From assembly GCA_963833425.1 (NCBI GenBank), contig CAWHXP010000015.1:32001-96000 (forward strand): a stretch of 64,000 nucleotides of DNA. Reading direction: 5' to 3'. The notes below the pieces were generated by a model, which saw nothing but the letters and a program-made list of their open reading frames with translations, was not told the origin of the DNA and did not search any database. Of this stretch, positions 1-11,118 are shown piece after piece (positions within the stretch are counted from its first letter, which is position 1; each line of letters begins with the position of its first letter). The position numbers and the translations under genes are program-made. Source of the stretch: an uncultured Methanosarcinaceae archaeon (GTDB lineage: Archaea > Halobacteriota > Methanosarcinia > Methanosarcinales > Methanosarcinaceae).

Positions 1-505
1 ACACAATTTGATAAAAATATAAAACATCCCCATAACCAAAACGGAGTTATTATATTTGTGCCTGATAGAGGGTACAATATCAGTAATTTTAGTAATTTCG
101 GCCACAATTATAGCACAGGATAAAGTGAAACTAAAAATAGTATAATGTATATAAATGAACTTTTTATTAAAAAATTTAAAAAATTAGTAATTCGTTTTGT
201 TCTCCAACCAGCGAAAGTTTGTCCATAATTTTTTACCTTAGTATATCAACGTCTTTGACGATTATATCAACATTCTCATTCTGGTTCGCGGAAACAACAT
301 TCATTTTACGATATGAAAGTAAAGAAATCATATTTAAGAAGCAGAGTGGTTTTGGTATCCTTTAACTAGAAACCAGTATTTAGAGTGACAGTCTCAATAA
401 TTAGTGGTATAATTGAAGACTGAATAACAGAAAAACAAGTAGGTTAATTAATTTCAATTGTTCCATGAGCTCCATATGCTCTAACAGTCATCTAGGCTTC
501 ATGAG

Positions 506-600
506 TTCCATAAGCTCCAGGAGTCATAGATCAATAACCTTTTCTTATTTCGTATGGAGCTTAGGAAATGCATAGATTTTGATACAAAAACTGTGTATGA
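506..600. repeat. Dispersed repeat / decayed MITE, copy A (related copies at about 1808-1925 and 6503-6674)
   Basis: gttccataagctccaggagtcat...cttttcttattt...taggaaat recurs at 1808; partial match at 6503. Confidence 0.7.
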
Positions 601-778
601 ATCCTGATGAAAATCTAATAAAATAATGACTGTATCTTTTTAGATAAAACAGAGAAACGAGAAATAAAGCGGTGTTGCAAATTTGCTATAACTTCAAAGT
701 TAAGTTTTTTGTATAATGTGTGTTTTGAATATACAAACTCTTCAATTTATGAAAAAAATAGCAAAAGGGGATATTTAA

Positions 779-1711
779 ATAAAAGAGAAGCAAGCTAGCC
801 TTACTGCAATGATGGTAGCCTATATGCGTGCTTATCATGCTATACACGCTACAGATAAAATTTTTGATGACTTCCTAGCCTATGATTTGATACCAGAAGA
901 TAAACGAAAACTAATCGAGCAATATTTAACAGAATTATGTTTGACATGTGACAAAGAGTTCAATGATTCTGAAAATACTGCATCGCTCTCTGATAGGATC
1001 ACTACCTCAGAGTTACTAATGCAAGCAATTAGTAATGTTATCAGTCGTACTAGATATGCAGAGGACACCCTGAAGAAAGCTTTCAGGCAAGGAGTGAGGC
1101 AGTGTGTAATTCTTGGAGCAGGAATGGATACATTTGCGTTTCGACACCCTGAAATGATGAAAGAGTTGGAAGTGTTTGAGGTTGATCACCCAGCTACGCA
1201 AGAATTTAAGCTTCATCGACTTGCTGAGTTAGAATGGGAACATCCAACAAAATTACATTTTATTCCTGTAGATTTCACAAAGGAGAGTTTAGTCACATTA
1301 CTCACTCGCTCATCATCTTATGACCCAAATGTTAAAAGTTTATTTAGTTGGCTTGGTGTCGTATCGTACTTATCCCAAGAAGATATTTTTGCAACACTGC
1401 GTTCTATCGCTGTGGTTGCTTCTGTGGGTAGCATAGTTGTTTTTAATTATGCAGATACCAATACATTTATCCCTGAAAAATTATCTCCACAAATGAAAGA
1501 ATTTTTAAAACTGTTGCGGAAGATAGGTGAACCAATGAAAATGAGTGGCTTCAATCCTTCAAGGTTAGCTGAAGATCTCAAAAGTTTAGGATTCCGTCTT
1601 CAAGAGGATTTGAGTCCAGTAAACATCGAAGAACGTTATTTCAAAGGACGTACTGATGGACTTCATGCATATGAGTACGGGCACTTTGCATGTGCAATTG
1701 TTGAACAATAA
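779..1711 (+). CDS. Class I SAM-dependent methyltransferase (LCM/TIGR00027-like)
   Basis: ILGAGMDTFAFR, FEVDHPATQ, PVDF, SWLGV motifs; first ATG at 809, with an in-frame ATA at 779 behind AGGGG. Confidence 0.85.
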   Translation: MKEKQASLTAMMVAYMRAYHAIHATDKIFDDFLAYDLIPEDKRKLIEQYLTELCLTCDKEFNDSENTASLSDRITTSELLMQAISNVISRTRYAEDTLKKAFRQGVRQCVILGAGMDTFAFRHPEMMKELEVFEVDHPATQEFKLHRLAELEWEHPTKLHFIPVDFTKESLVTLLTRSSSYDPNVKSLFSWLGVVSYLSQEDIFATLRSIAVVASVGSIVVFNYADTNTFIPEKLSPQMKEFLKLLRKIGEPMKMSGFNPSRLAEDLKSLGFRLQEDLSPVNIEERYFKGRTDGLHAYEYGHFACAIVEQ

Positions 1712-1807
1712 AGCATATGATATATTCCGATGAAGATTTTGATTCACTTCCTATTTTTTTCTTATCTATTCTATTTATGCTTGTAGTTTAGTTTAATTAG
1801 TTTCAGG

Positions 1808-1925
1808 TGTTCCATAAGCTCCAGGAGTCATAAATCAGAACCTTTTCTTATTTGGAATGGAATTTAGGAAATTCAGAGCTTTTGGCGCAAAATATCTGTA
1901 TCATTATTAAAACCATTTTATGCAG
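1808..1925. repeat. Dispersed repeat / decayed MITE, copy B
   Basis: Direct repeat of 506-600. Confidence 0.7.
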
Positions 1926-1954
1926 GACCACTCTCTATTAAGGAGGAATCTATT

Positions 1955-2509
1955 ATAAAAATCGTTAAATTAGTTGCAGGAATGCGATTCTTTGGGTTGA
2001 TTCCGGTTATCGGTTTGGCAATTGCGGCTTGTATTCTGTTCATTAAAGGTGGATTTGATCTAGTTAATTTACTACTAGAAGTGATTGCCGAAATAGAAAA
2101 GACAGGTACAAAAGGCGTTATTATTGTTGGATTTGTGGAGATTGTTCATTTTTTTTTAATTGGTACAATACTTTTCCTCACTTCACTTGGTTTCTACCAA
2201 TTGTTTTTCCAGGTGCTTCCGTTACCTGAGTGGTTGAAGATGGATAATATTGAGGAGATGGAATTGAGTTTAATAGGACTTACTATAGTTGTGCTTGGGG
2301 TTAATTTCTTGAGCGTGATCTTTGAACAGCAAGAAATCAATTTGGCAGTCTATGGAATCGGCTACTCTTTACCTATAATAGCATTGTCTTATTTTATGAA
2401 AGTGCGCTCTGAATTAAAAAATAATAATAGTAAGCATCCGATGGTAATCGAGGAGGTATTCTCTCTAGATAGTGAATCTACTCAATTATTGGACAGAAAA
2501 AAAGGTTGA
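1955..2509 (+). CDS. YqhA/UPF0114 family membrane protein
   Basis: Four hydrophobic segments, GFYQLF and LPEWLKMDNIEE; AGGAGG at 1941 with in-frame ATA at 1955, first ATG at 1982. Confidence 0.75.
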   Translation: MKIVKLVAGMRFFGLIPVIGLAIAACILFIKGGFDLVNLLLEVIAEIEKTGTKGVIIVGFVEIVHFFLIGTILFLTSLGFYQLFFQVLPLPEWLKMDNIEEMELSLIGLTIVVLGVNFLSVIFEQQEINLAVYGIGYSLPIIALSYFMKVRSELKNNNSKHPMVIEEVFSLDSESTQLLDRKKG

Positions 2510-2600
2510 AAAGGGAATAATTATATTTTTTGCTAAAGTAAAAACGGGAAATTTGGATACATACGCTTTGTTTTCCTAAATCTATGATAGTTCTATGTAT

Positions 2601-2873
2601 GGTTCTGGTGCAAAAATAATGTTTCCTCAGTTTGAGACTACAATTATTGCCTTTGTGTGCTATTTTATTCCGAATGAAACTAATTAAATCTCCTTATTGT
2701 GAATGTTTACATTGATTTTGCAACAAAGCCATATCTTAAGTACCATATTACTGTTTGCAGAATGATTTCGCCTACAAAGTGTTTCCATTTAAAAGCATTT
2801 AATGGCATATTATATACTCTTAAATTCCTATTTATTTATAGTATCAAGCTCATATTTTTTTTGCAACGGAACC
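2601..2873. mobile_element. IS6-type MITE (273 bp, non-coding)
   Basis: Ends ggttctggtgcaaaaa / tttttgcaacggaacc match the IS6 inverted repeats in this window. Confidence 0.65.
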
Positions 2874-2958
2874 TAATCACTACAGAAAAGGGGGGAATTG
2901 GCTAAAAAAATATATTTGTAATTTTCCTTGCCTAAATAGTTAATAGCTCCCCATGCTT

Positions 2959-4876
2959 TTATTCTACCACAGCAATACGATTTCTGGGTCCAGGATCCAT
3001 TGCCTTGGAGTGAGAGAAGTAATTGGCTGTGACATTCACATCATCCAGAGCTGTAACATTCATACCATCCAGAGATGATTCATTAATCCTATTGCCAGCC
3101 TCCAGGATAGATAAATTCTTGACTCTCTCAGCCATGAAGCTGTCCATTGTTACGCGGTAAGGGTTGTTTGGATCGATAGAAGTCCCATTGATCTTTATGC
3201 CGGAGATATTGACCCTCTCACTAACTGGGGCGCTCTTGTTCCAGGTATAATCGAAGCCTTTTGAGACTTGGAGTGTGCTGCTCTTGTTGCCACTAATAGT
3301 GTAACTGATTCTCCAGCAAATCTTTTATTTGAGTTCCATTCAAGGTCATTGTGACTAACTTGTCTCCAAAGGGCTGGATGCTGAAAATCTGACCATACGT
3401 AACATTACTTTGGCGCTCACTTCCACTCAAATTTAAGTCAGAGCGAATGCCTTCCGGATTCGTGAAAGCTACATCAGCACCGCCATAACTTGGATTATGT
3501 GTGTAATAGAGTTGGGCATCAGCTATAAGATCTCCCAGAGTGGATTCGCCTGCCTCATTAGGTTCTGCCGTAAAATTACCCTTGATGCTGCCAATTACCT
3601 TGTCTGCAATGGGTGCAACTAGAAATTTGTACCTCATAACCAACCCAGCTACTCTGGAATCTTTAGGAACATCACTTGACACTAGAATGTTTCTGGCCTT
3701 TTTCTCGATCACGTCATGAGTCTCGTTGCTAATCACCATATCGATATCTGTGAGTACATTACCATATGCATAAGCTTCTGTCACATTGCGGTCGTCAAAA
3801 AGTTCATTGTAGGCCTGATGGGTATGGCCGGTGATAAATACAACTACTGAACGATCGGTGTTTTTAACAACATCTAAAATGTGCATGCTATTGCTATCAT
3901 TCTGATCCAGTTGCGTGTTGTTTAATGTCTGATTTTGTGAATATCCTCCATTGTGTATGAGCACCACTATGGTTTTTACTCCCTTATCATCCTTCAGCTC
4001 CTTGACGTATTTGTTAATGGTCTCAGTTTCATTTAGGAACTTAAGCCCTTTTACAGCGAATTTACTAACTGTCGTTGGTGTACTCTCCAGTGCTATTCCA
4101 ATGAATCCTATAGGTACTCCCTGAACATAGGTGACAGCATAAGCAGGGAATACTAGGGCGTTAGTGCTGTTATTGACTATGTTAGCAGCCAGATACTGGA
4201 AGTGTGTTCCTTCAAAGGACGAGTTCTCAAGACAGTCATCTGGATGGCAACCACCATATTGAATTCGCATGAGCTCATCTAGTCCTTTATCCAGCTCGTG
4301 ATTGCCTACTGTAGAAAAATCAAATCCCATCATGTTAAGAGCCTTTATTGTTGGTTCATCATGGAAGTGGGCTGAGATCAGTGGGCTAGCACCTATATTG
4401 TCTCCAGCCGAAACCACAATTGTATTTGGGTTCTCTGATTTGAATCTCTTTATGTAAGTGGCTAGGTATTCGGCACCTACTGCATCTTTGGATGTCTCCA
4501 GATGGCCGTGGAAATCATTAATAGACAGGATGTGAACGGATATATTGCCTGTTTTATCGATAGGAGAACAAAAAAATGCATGATTATACAGAGTAGGTGA
4601 ATTCTGCGAGTTAATTTCAATTGCTTTGTCATACGCACTTATTGCTTTATCAAATTTACTAAAATTAAATACATTGTTATTGCCGGGAATTTGAATCTCA
4701 AATTTATTAGAATTAAATGCATTGTTACTGCCGGAATTTTTAATATCTTCAGATGAAGCCACGCTTGCGATATTCACCAGAATTAAAAACATCACCATAG
4801 TGATGCTTAAAGCCATTATGTAAGTATGCTTTCTACTTGCTTTATCACATAACACTTTTTTCATGCTAAACCTCAT
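2959..4876 (-). pseudogene. Secreted bifunctional metallophosphatase/5'-nucleotidase, frameshifted near 3300
   Basis: INDFHG, SAGDNIG, VGNHE, GHTH, FTNPEGIR, IQPFGD motifs; C-terminal LQVSKGFDYTW...YRVTMDSFMA lies in another frame. Confidence 0.85.
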
Positions 4877-5020
4877 TATATGGATTTAAATATTGATTCT
4901 AAAGAACGGTTGCGAGATTGGAAGCAGTAAACAAAAACTTAACTCCCAGTTTACAAAAAATTTGTGACATTGTTTTCTATATTTTTGACTGGATCTTACA
5001 ATTAAGGTCATCTGGATTGC

Positions 5021-6093
5021 TTATAAATTCCCTTCATTTTTTCGATATAGGTTAAGCTTTGTACAGATGACTACGGAAACCCAGATTGTAAATACAGGAA
5101 TGAAAGTTTTCAAGAAATCCGTTAATATGAATCCGTGACAATTAATTTCGGGACAATTAATCTCTCCGGCTGCACAAAACAAAAGCTCCAAAATGTTTTT
5201 GGACACCATAAATAGCAGAAGTGCAATAAATGCCCTTGTAATCCGCTGCTCTGCAGTTCCGGTGTCTTCTGGTATTCCTTTTCTTATGATAAGGATATAT
5301 GCAACATTCATGCCAAAGAAATATCCTACTGATTCAAAATTTAAAGGATTATAATGAACTAGGGATAATGCAACGAGGAAAATAGGAATAATGAACATAA
5401 AACAGTACAAAAATAGATTCGGATACCTCAAAGCAAATTCAAAGCTCTCTTTTTTAAAAAAATCCTCTTTTAACGAACTTTTAAGAAAATGTTCAAAAAA
5501 GACTAGGGAAATTAACCCCACAACAGCTCCACCAAACACGTCTCCTATGAAATGTTTCCCGAGGTATATTCTTGAAAAAGCCATCAATACCACCGCGAAA
5601 GGAGTTAATCTTTTGATTAGCTGATTGTTGAAAATAATTGCAGTTCCTCCCCATAGCGCAGTTGTAAGCGATACGTGCCCTGAAGGAAAGCCAAGACTAG
5701 CAAGGTCATAAATGTGTTGAAATGAAAGGCTGTAAGAATGTCATCGCTAGGAAGAGCTAAAAAGCCTTTTGCTCCATTCCCAGTAAAATTAGACGTACTT
5801 GTCATATTAGTACAGTTTTCTAGGTTAAGAACCTTGTTATCTATATAATAAGGCCTTGGATATCCAAATAATAGTTTTAGAATATCGGTGAGCAGATCTG
5901 TCCAGATAAATATCTGAAGTAAAAGGAACCCTTTTTTAAAATTGATACCAAAAATGGCTATAATTATGATGGGCACAATTAAAGAGGGATATCCCATATT
6001 AGTTATCGGAATCACGGATTGATGCGCAAAACATTGGGTTGTATTGTTTCCAAGGACATGTTGTAAGGAGACTATGTGGTCAGTCTGGAACAT
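5021..6093 (-). pseudogene. PAP2-family phosphatase, frameshifted near 5690
   Basis: KLLFGYPRP in the 5' ORF, FSRIYLGKHFIGDV in the 3' ORF; an FPSGH-like motif lies off-frame between them. Confidence 0.8.
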
Positions 6094-6502
6094 GTAGTAT
6101 CAATCCTTCAAAAAGTTTCAATGTTATCGTTTTATGTGGCAATTATTATAAAGATATTCCACTTTAAATTTCGATCGTGAAGATGTACTCAAAGTATATG
6201 GGTGATATGTCGAGTTCTATTTTCTTTTGTTCTTATAGGGCTTCCAAAAACTTTGAAGTGATTTTTAAAGGCAAGATATTTTAGTTGATTATGTGCTCAA
6301 AATTCAAAAATGAGATTTCTTTTGTTTTATTAGCTTAGATATCCGGTTGGTCTAATATCTCAAAAATTTGATCTCTTGAGCTGCAGGTGGTGAACCGTTT
6401 GAAGCCTTCTAGAAATCTATTTCAAGGTACGGGGATATATGTAACTTATAAAAGATTTAATTTATTATATATTTTTTGTATGTATACTAAATACTACTAA
6501 TA

Positions 6503-6674
6503 GGTTCCATTGCAAAAATATTCGAGTCATTTGAATTTACTTTATTTCGTATGCACAGATTTTATAGCAAAATCTCTGCATTGACGTAACCACGAAATCT
6601 CATTTTATAATGGTAGAAACAATGAAAAACAGTAGTTTTTACTAAATTTTTAGCATACAGTTCTGTAATGAATT
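6503..6674. mobile_element. Decayed IS6-type MITE
   Basis: Left end ggttccattgcaaaaa; interior resembles 506-600; right end degenerate. Confidence 0.5.
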
Positions 6675-6838
6675 AAAAACGCAGAAAAGAGTATAAAATT
6701 TTTTATTTTAAGAAAACTGTGCTATAGTCAATCAGATAATTTTATTCAGGGAAAGCTAGAAGTATACAATGATCAATTAGCAAAATATTTATCTGTAATC
6801 AAAATGGTAATTGAATTTTTGGTCGTGAGAAGATTAGC

Positions 6839-7423
6839 CTGGATTGGAATGAAGCATACAAGGGTACACCACCATGGGATATCAGTCACCCCCAGTCAGT
6901 TTTCGAAGCTCTTATAAAGGATGGAGAAATTACGCCTGGAAGAGCTCTGGATATTGGATGTGGCCGGGGTGATAATGCAATAATGTTAACCATAAATGGA
7001 TGTAATGTCACAGGTATAGACATTGTTGAAGATGCTATCACAGATGCAAAAGCAAAAGCTATAAAGCATCATGTTAAGGTAAATTTTGTAGTCGGAAATG
7101 TGTTACAGATGGACCGACTTTTCACAGAGGCTGAATTCGATATCGTTATTGATTCGGGTTTGTTTCATGTGATGACGGATGAGGAAAGGCCAGTTTTTGC
7201 ATGGCAGATACATAGAGTGCTAAAACCAGGCGGCAAATATTTCATGCTTTGTTTCTCGGATAAAGAGCCCGGAGACTACGGGCCCAGGAGGATTTCAAAA
7301 GCTGAAATAGAGCGTACTTTCACGTCACTTTTTAATATTATATATATAAAAGACTCGGCTTTAGATACTGGAGTTAGGGCAAGTAGCATTAAAGCTTACC
7401 TGTTGTTAGCGACAAGGAGTTAA
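6839..7423 (+). CDS. Class I SAM-dependent methyltransferase
   Basis: In frame upstream of the ATG at 6983: WNEAYKGTPPWDI and ALDIGCGRG (motif I); FDIVIDSGLFH; probable CTG start at 6839. Confidence 0.85.
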   Translation: MDWNEAYKGTPPWDISHPQSVFEALIKDGEITPGRALDIGCGRGDNAIMLTINGCNVTGIDIVEDAITDAKAKAIKHHVKVNFVVGNVLQMDRLFTEAEFDIVIDSGLFHVMTDEERPVFAWQIHRVLKPGGKYFMLCFSDKEPGDYGPRRISKAEIERTFTSLFNIIYIKDSALDTGVRASSIKAYLLLATRS

Positions 7424-7756
7424 TTAGATCAATCAGAGATTTGATGCTCCATCTACGAAGTTCCATAAAATCTTGGATAGGCTTTTTATTGGCAGTTAGG
7501 ATGTAGGAGATCTAATATCCCCTTCATTATTTTTCAATCAATTTTTTATAGGTCTCTTTTCATTCAGCATTTATTAGGGATCTCTTAGTCGTGTATGGTT
7601 TTTAAGTCTTATGATTAATCAATTTACTCGATATAATAATTATTTTATCTTTCGAATAGGCTTTTGGTCAGTCAACATAAGGAACCCTTAAACTTTAATC
7701 ATCCAACCTCCAGAATTTATATAAAATTCGGACGGCATAGAACTAGATAGATTAAA

Positions 7757-7951
7757 ATGAAAGTGCGTGAGGTTATCAAGCTACTTGAAGCCGATGGTTG
7801 GTATCTGGTTGCCACAAAAGGAAGCCCTCGGCAATATAAACACCCGATTAAATCAGGCCGAGTAACGATTGCGGGTCATAGTGGAGATGATCTTGCTCCA
7901 GGTACTTTAAGTAGCATAGTAAAGCAAGCGCGATTGAAAATGGAGAGTTAA
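7757..7951 (+). CDS. hicA: HicA family toxin (conserved His replaced by Pro)
   Basis: 64 aa, LEADGW...KGSPRQYKHP...VTI...DLAPGTLSSI. Confidence 0.9.
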   Translation: MKVREVIKLLEADGWYLVATKGSPRQYKHPIKSGRVTIAGHSGDDLAPGTLSSIVKQARLKMES

Positions 7952-7953
7952 AA

Positions 7954-8196
7954 ATGTACCGTTTTCTTGTTGTAATAGAAAAAGCAAGCAATAACTATTC
8001 AGCATATTCTCCTGACTTGCCAGGTTGTATAGCTACTGGCTCAACCAGGGCCGAAGCGGAGAAGAATATCTATGAAGCTATCGAAATGCATGTTCAAGGA
8101 TTGTTGGATGATAATTTACCGATTCCGGAATCAGAATCATTTGCAGAATATGTAGTTATTGCTGAAAAGTCATCGACTAGGTTTGAAGTTATGTAA
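7954..8196 (+). CDS. hicB: HicB family antitoxin
   Basis: YSAYSPDLPGCIATGSTRAEA, directly after hicA. Confidence 0.9.
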   Translation: MYRFLVVIEKASNNYSAYSPDLPGCIATGSTRAEAEKNIYEAIEMHVQGLLDDNLPIPESESFAEYVVIAEKSSTRFEVM

Positions 8197-8428
8197 ATTA
8201 TATTTCATATATATCGCCTTATAACATTTTTTTCGTTAAAATTTCACCTGAAAGTTCTTGTGTTCTACCTATGTTTTTGCTAACTGGATCATTCCATTAC
8301 ATATAAGAATATCCAAGTTTCTATCGATTACATGCCATTAAATGCAAAAAAATAGTAAGAAAAACACAGGCAAATTCTACCACATCCTTAAGATATCGAT
8401 TTTAAATTAAGAAAAGTATACCAAATAC

Positions 8429-9283
8429 GGTTCCGTTGCAAAAACTTCAAAAAAATATGTAAATCTATAAGTAATTAATAAAAATCAAAATATTTAAGGA
8501 AAATGTACTAACATTATAAAGCTATACCAAATAATTGATTAATGTATTTGACTTTATTAAGAGCAGAGTAGTTTAGATCGATTACTTGTCCTTTTTTGAT
8601 CATATTTATAGCTTCAATTCCTTTTAAAGTCTTATTAGCAGATTGAAAAGACTGAAATCCTAACATTGGATTAACAATTCTCTTTATAGATCTGTGATCT
8701 TGTTCTATAATATTATTCAAATAGTTGATTTGTCTAATTTCAACATTTTTAGACAATTTCTTTTCATTTTTCAGTTAATCTCTAGCAGGTGGATAAGCTG
8801 GATTCTTATCAACGGTTATTAATCTTGGAATTTGATTATGATTAAAACTTAAAGCTTTCTTAAAGAATCTCTTCGCTGCTTTTCTATTTAGTTTTGAACT
8901 TAACATGAAATCAATTGTATCTCCATTTGAGTCAACTGCTCGATAAAAATAGTCCCATTTACCTTTTACTTTGATATAGGTTTCATCAACTCTCCACGAA
9001 TAGTTTGTTAGCCTTAAATGTCTTCTTATCTTCTTTTCTATTTCAGGTGAATATTGATGTACCCATCTCATGATTGTTGTATGGTAGACTTTTACTCCCC
9101 TTTCTGCCATCATTTCCTTTAAATTTCTATAGCTTAATGGATATTTTAAGTACCATCTTACATTTAATAGGATAATTTCCCTTTCATAATGCTTCCATTT
9201 AAAGGAATTAGATAGCATGTTACTATCTTTGATTTTCTTTTTATTCTATTGTATCATTAAAAAGGATTTTTTGCAACGGAACC
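8429..9283 (-). mobile_element. IS6 family element, copy 1 (855 bp); transposase 9218-8514 interrupted by in-frame TAA at 8775-8777
   Basis: IRs ggttccgttgcaaaaa; WRVDETYIKVKG, ITVDK and NNIIEQDHR DDE motifs. Confidence 0.95.
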
Positions 9284-9294
9284 TATCATTTCTA

Positions 9295-9660
9295 GTCTAT
9301 GTAAATCAGTGCATGCCGATTGTTTGTCTGGCACGAGAGTAAACTAAAAACCAAGAGCAGAAGCTGTATTAGATCTCACAGATAAGTCTTCATCGGTAGT
9401 CGGTCTATGTAAGTCATTCCATGCACGTTGTTTATCTGGTACGTGAGAAAACGCAGAACCAAGAGCAGAAGTGCATTAAATTTCATCAAATTGTCTTCAT
9501 AAAGGATCAGGCCAACTAAATAGTTCCACACCTGGTGTTTATCTGGTACGTGAGCAATGCAGAACCAAAAGCCTAGGCTGCACCAAATCTCATAGTACTG
9601 CTTTCATCATTGGCCAGTCATGTAATCGTACCATGCCTGTTGTTTATCTGACATACAAGA
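9295..9660 (-). pseudogene. Relic of a HEAT/PBS-lyase-like 39-aa repeat protein (about 4 decayed units)
   Basis: tgtttatctggtacgtgag-like unit repeated; minus strand reads SALGSAFSHVPDKQRAWNDLHR. Confidence 0.65.
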
Positions 9661-9834
9661 ACATCATTGTTTCTCCAATCTGTCACAGATATTTTCCCGT
9701 TCAGAAACCAAGTTCAATGCCCGTTTGCAGCAAATCGGACCAGAGGCGCAGTGGACACCCCAAAAACTAGCATTAAAGCTTCATCATGCGCAAATACAAG
9801 CCTAATCCAGATTTTGTCGAAGATGTTCGCAAAA

Positions 9835-11118
9835 TCAAACGCGTTCAAGATCTCCACAACCTAGGGCATCGAGCGCCCGTTCAATAGAGCCAACTATAAA
9901 GTTCAAATCGTCTTTTGAAATGCAATAAGGCGGCAACAGATAGATTGTTTGCCCAATAGGACGCAACAACACACCCTGCGCCAGAAAATAGCGATAAAGC
10001 TTCGGCGCGACATCGGACAAATACCCTTGTCGAACATCGCATACATCAAGTGCCATAATCATGCCAATATGCCGCACATTTTCGACATCCTTGCGCGCCG
10101 CCAATCGCGGCAGCAATGCGGCTTGATGATCATGCAGCATCTTTATGCGCTCCATCACGTTATTTTTTTCCCATATATCTATCGAAGCGCAAGCTGCGGC
10201 GCAGGCCAGCGGATTTCCTGTAAAAGAAGTCGAATGGAAGAAAGTTTTGGCGCGGTCTGTGCTGTAAAATGTCTGATAAATATCTTCAGTCGCTAACGTC
10301 GCAGCCATAGGCAAACAACCGTTGGTAAGGCCTTTAGATAAACACACAATGTCCGGTTCTATATTCGCCTGTTCGCAGGCAAAGAGCGTCCCTGTGCGTC
10401 CCCATCCAGTCATGACCTCATCGGCAATGAAAATCACGCCGTAGCTTCGGCATAAAGCGTGCAGCGCGCGCAACGTTGCAGCACTGTAAATTCGCATTCC
10501 GGCAGCCCCAAGAACAAGTGGTTCGACAATCAATGCAGCGATATCGTTAGCTTGCGTTTTGAGCAGCTTCTCGAAGACCTCTACAGTCAAATGTTCGCGG
10601 CCAGTTTCAGGAAAAGGCAGACGATGCACATCGAACAGAAAATTTTCGTAGGGCGCGCTGAAAATGCCGCGCGAACCCACCGACATTGCACCGAACGTAT
10701 CGCCGTGGTACGCATTTTCAAGCGCTACAACGCCCCGCCGAGGTTTGTCTTTGTGCACCCAGTATCCCAACGCCATTTTCAAGGCAACTTCAACAGAAGT
10801 CGAACCGCTGTCGGAATAAAACACACGCGTCAAATTTGGCGGCGTGAGTCCCACCAATTTTTCCGCCAATCTTTCGGCGGGTTCATGTGTGAATCCGGCA
10901 AAGATAATCTGGTCGAGCTTTGTGGCCTGTTCCTGTACAGCCGCAACTATCTTTGGATGATTATGCCCGTGAATATTGACCCACCATGAAGAAATAGCGT
11001 CGATAATTCGACGTCCATCCTTGGCGTAAAGATAAGCACCCTCGGCGCGGTCAATAAAAACGGAATCCGGTAATAATGCATGTTGAGTAAAGGGATGCCA
11101 AATGGGGGAATGGATCAT
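9835..11118 (-). CDS. bioA: Adenosylmethionine-8-amino-7-oxononanoate transaminase
   Basis: IWHPFTQ, DAISSWWVNIHGH, DSGSTSVEVALKMA, YHGDTFGAMS, ADEVMTGWGRTG, LSKGLT. Confidence 0.97.
   Translation of the reverse strand: MIHSPIWHPFTQHALLPDSVFIDRAEGAYLYAKDGRRIIDAISSWWVNIHGHNHPKIVAAVQEQATKLDQIIFAGFTHEPAERLAEKLVGLTPPNLTRVFYSDSGSTSVEVALKMALGYWVHKDKPRRGVVALENAYHGDTFGAMSVGSRGIFSAPYENFLFDVHRLPFPETGREHLTVEVFEKLLKTQANDIAALIVEPLVLGAAGMRIYSAATLRALHALCRSYGVIFIADEVMTGWGRTGTLFACEQANIEPDIVCLSKGLTNGCLPMAATLATEDIYQTFYSTDRAKTFFHSTSFTGNPLACAAACASIDIWEKNNVMERIKMLHDHQAALLPRLAARKDVENVRHIGMIMALDVCDVRQGYLSDVAPKLYRYFLAQGVLLRPIGQTIYLLPPYCISKDDLNFIVGSIERALDALGCGDLERV

Noticed and set aside
3293..3295. TAG ending the nucleotidase ORF as Pyl readthrough
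   Set aside because: The homologous C-terminus continues in a different frame, so this is a frameshift.
9295..9660. Regularly spaced repeats as a CRISPR array
   Set aside because: Units are degenerate, over 100 bp long and translate into a protein repeat; no cas genes are present.
9667..9864. bioZ or another gene downstream of bioA
   Set aside because: No FabH-like or other recognisable motif in the frames examined.
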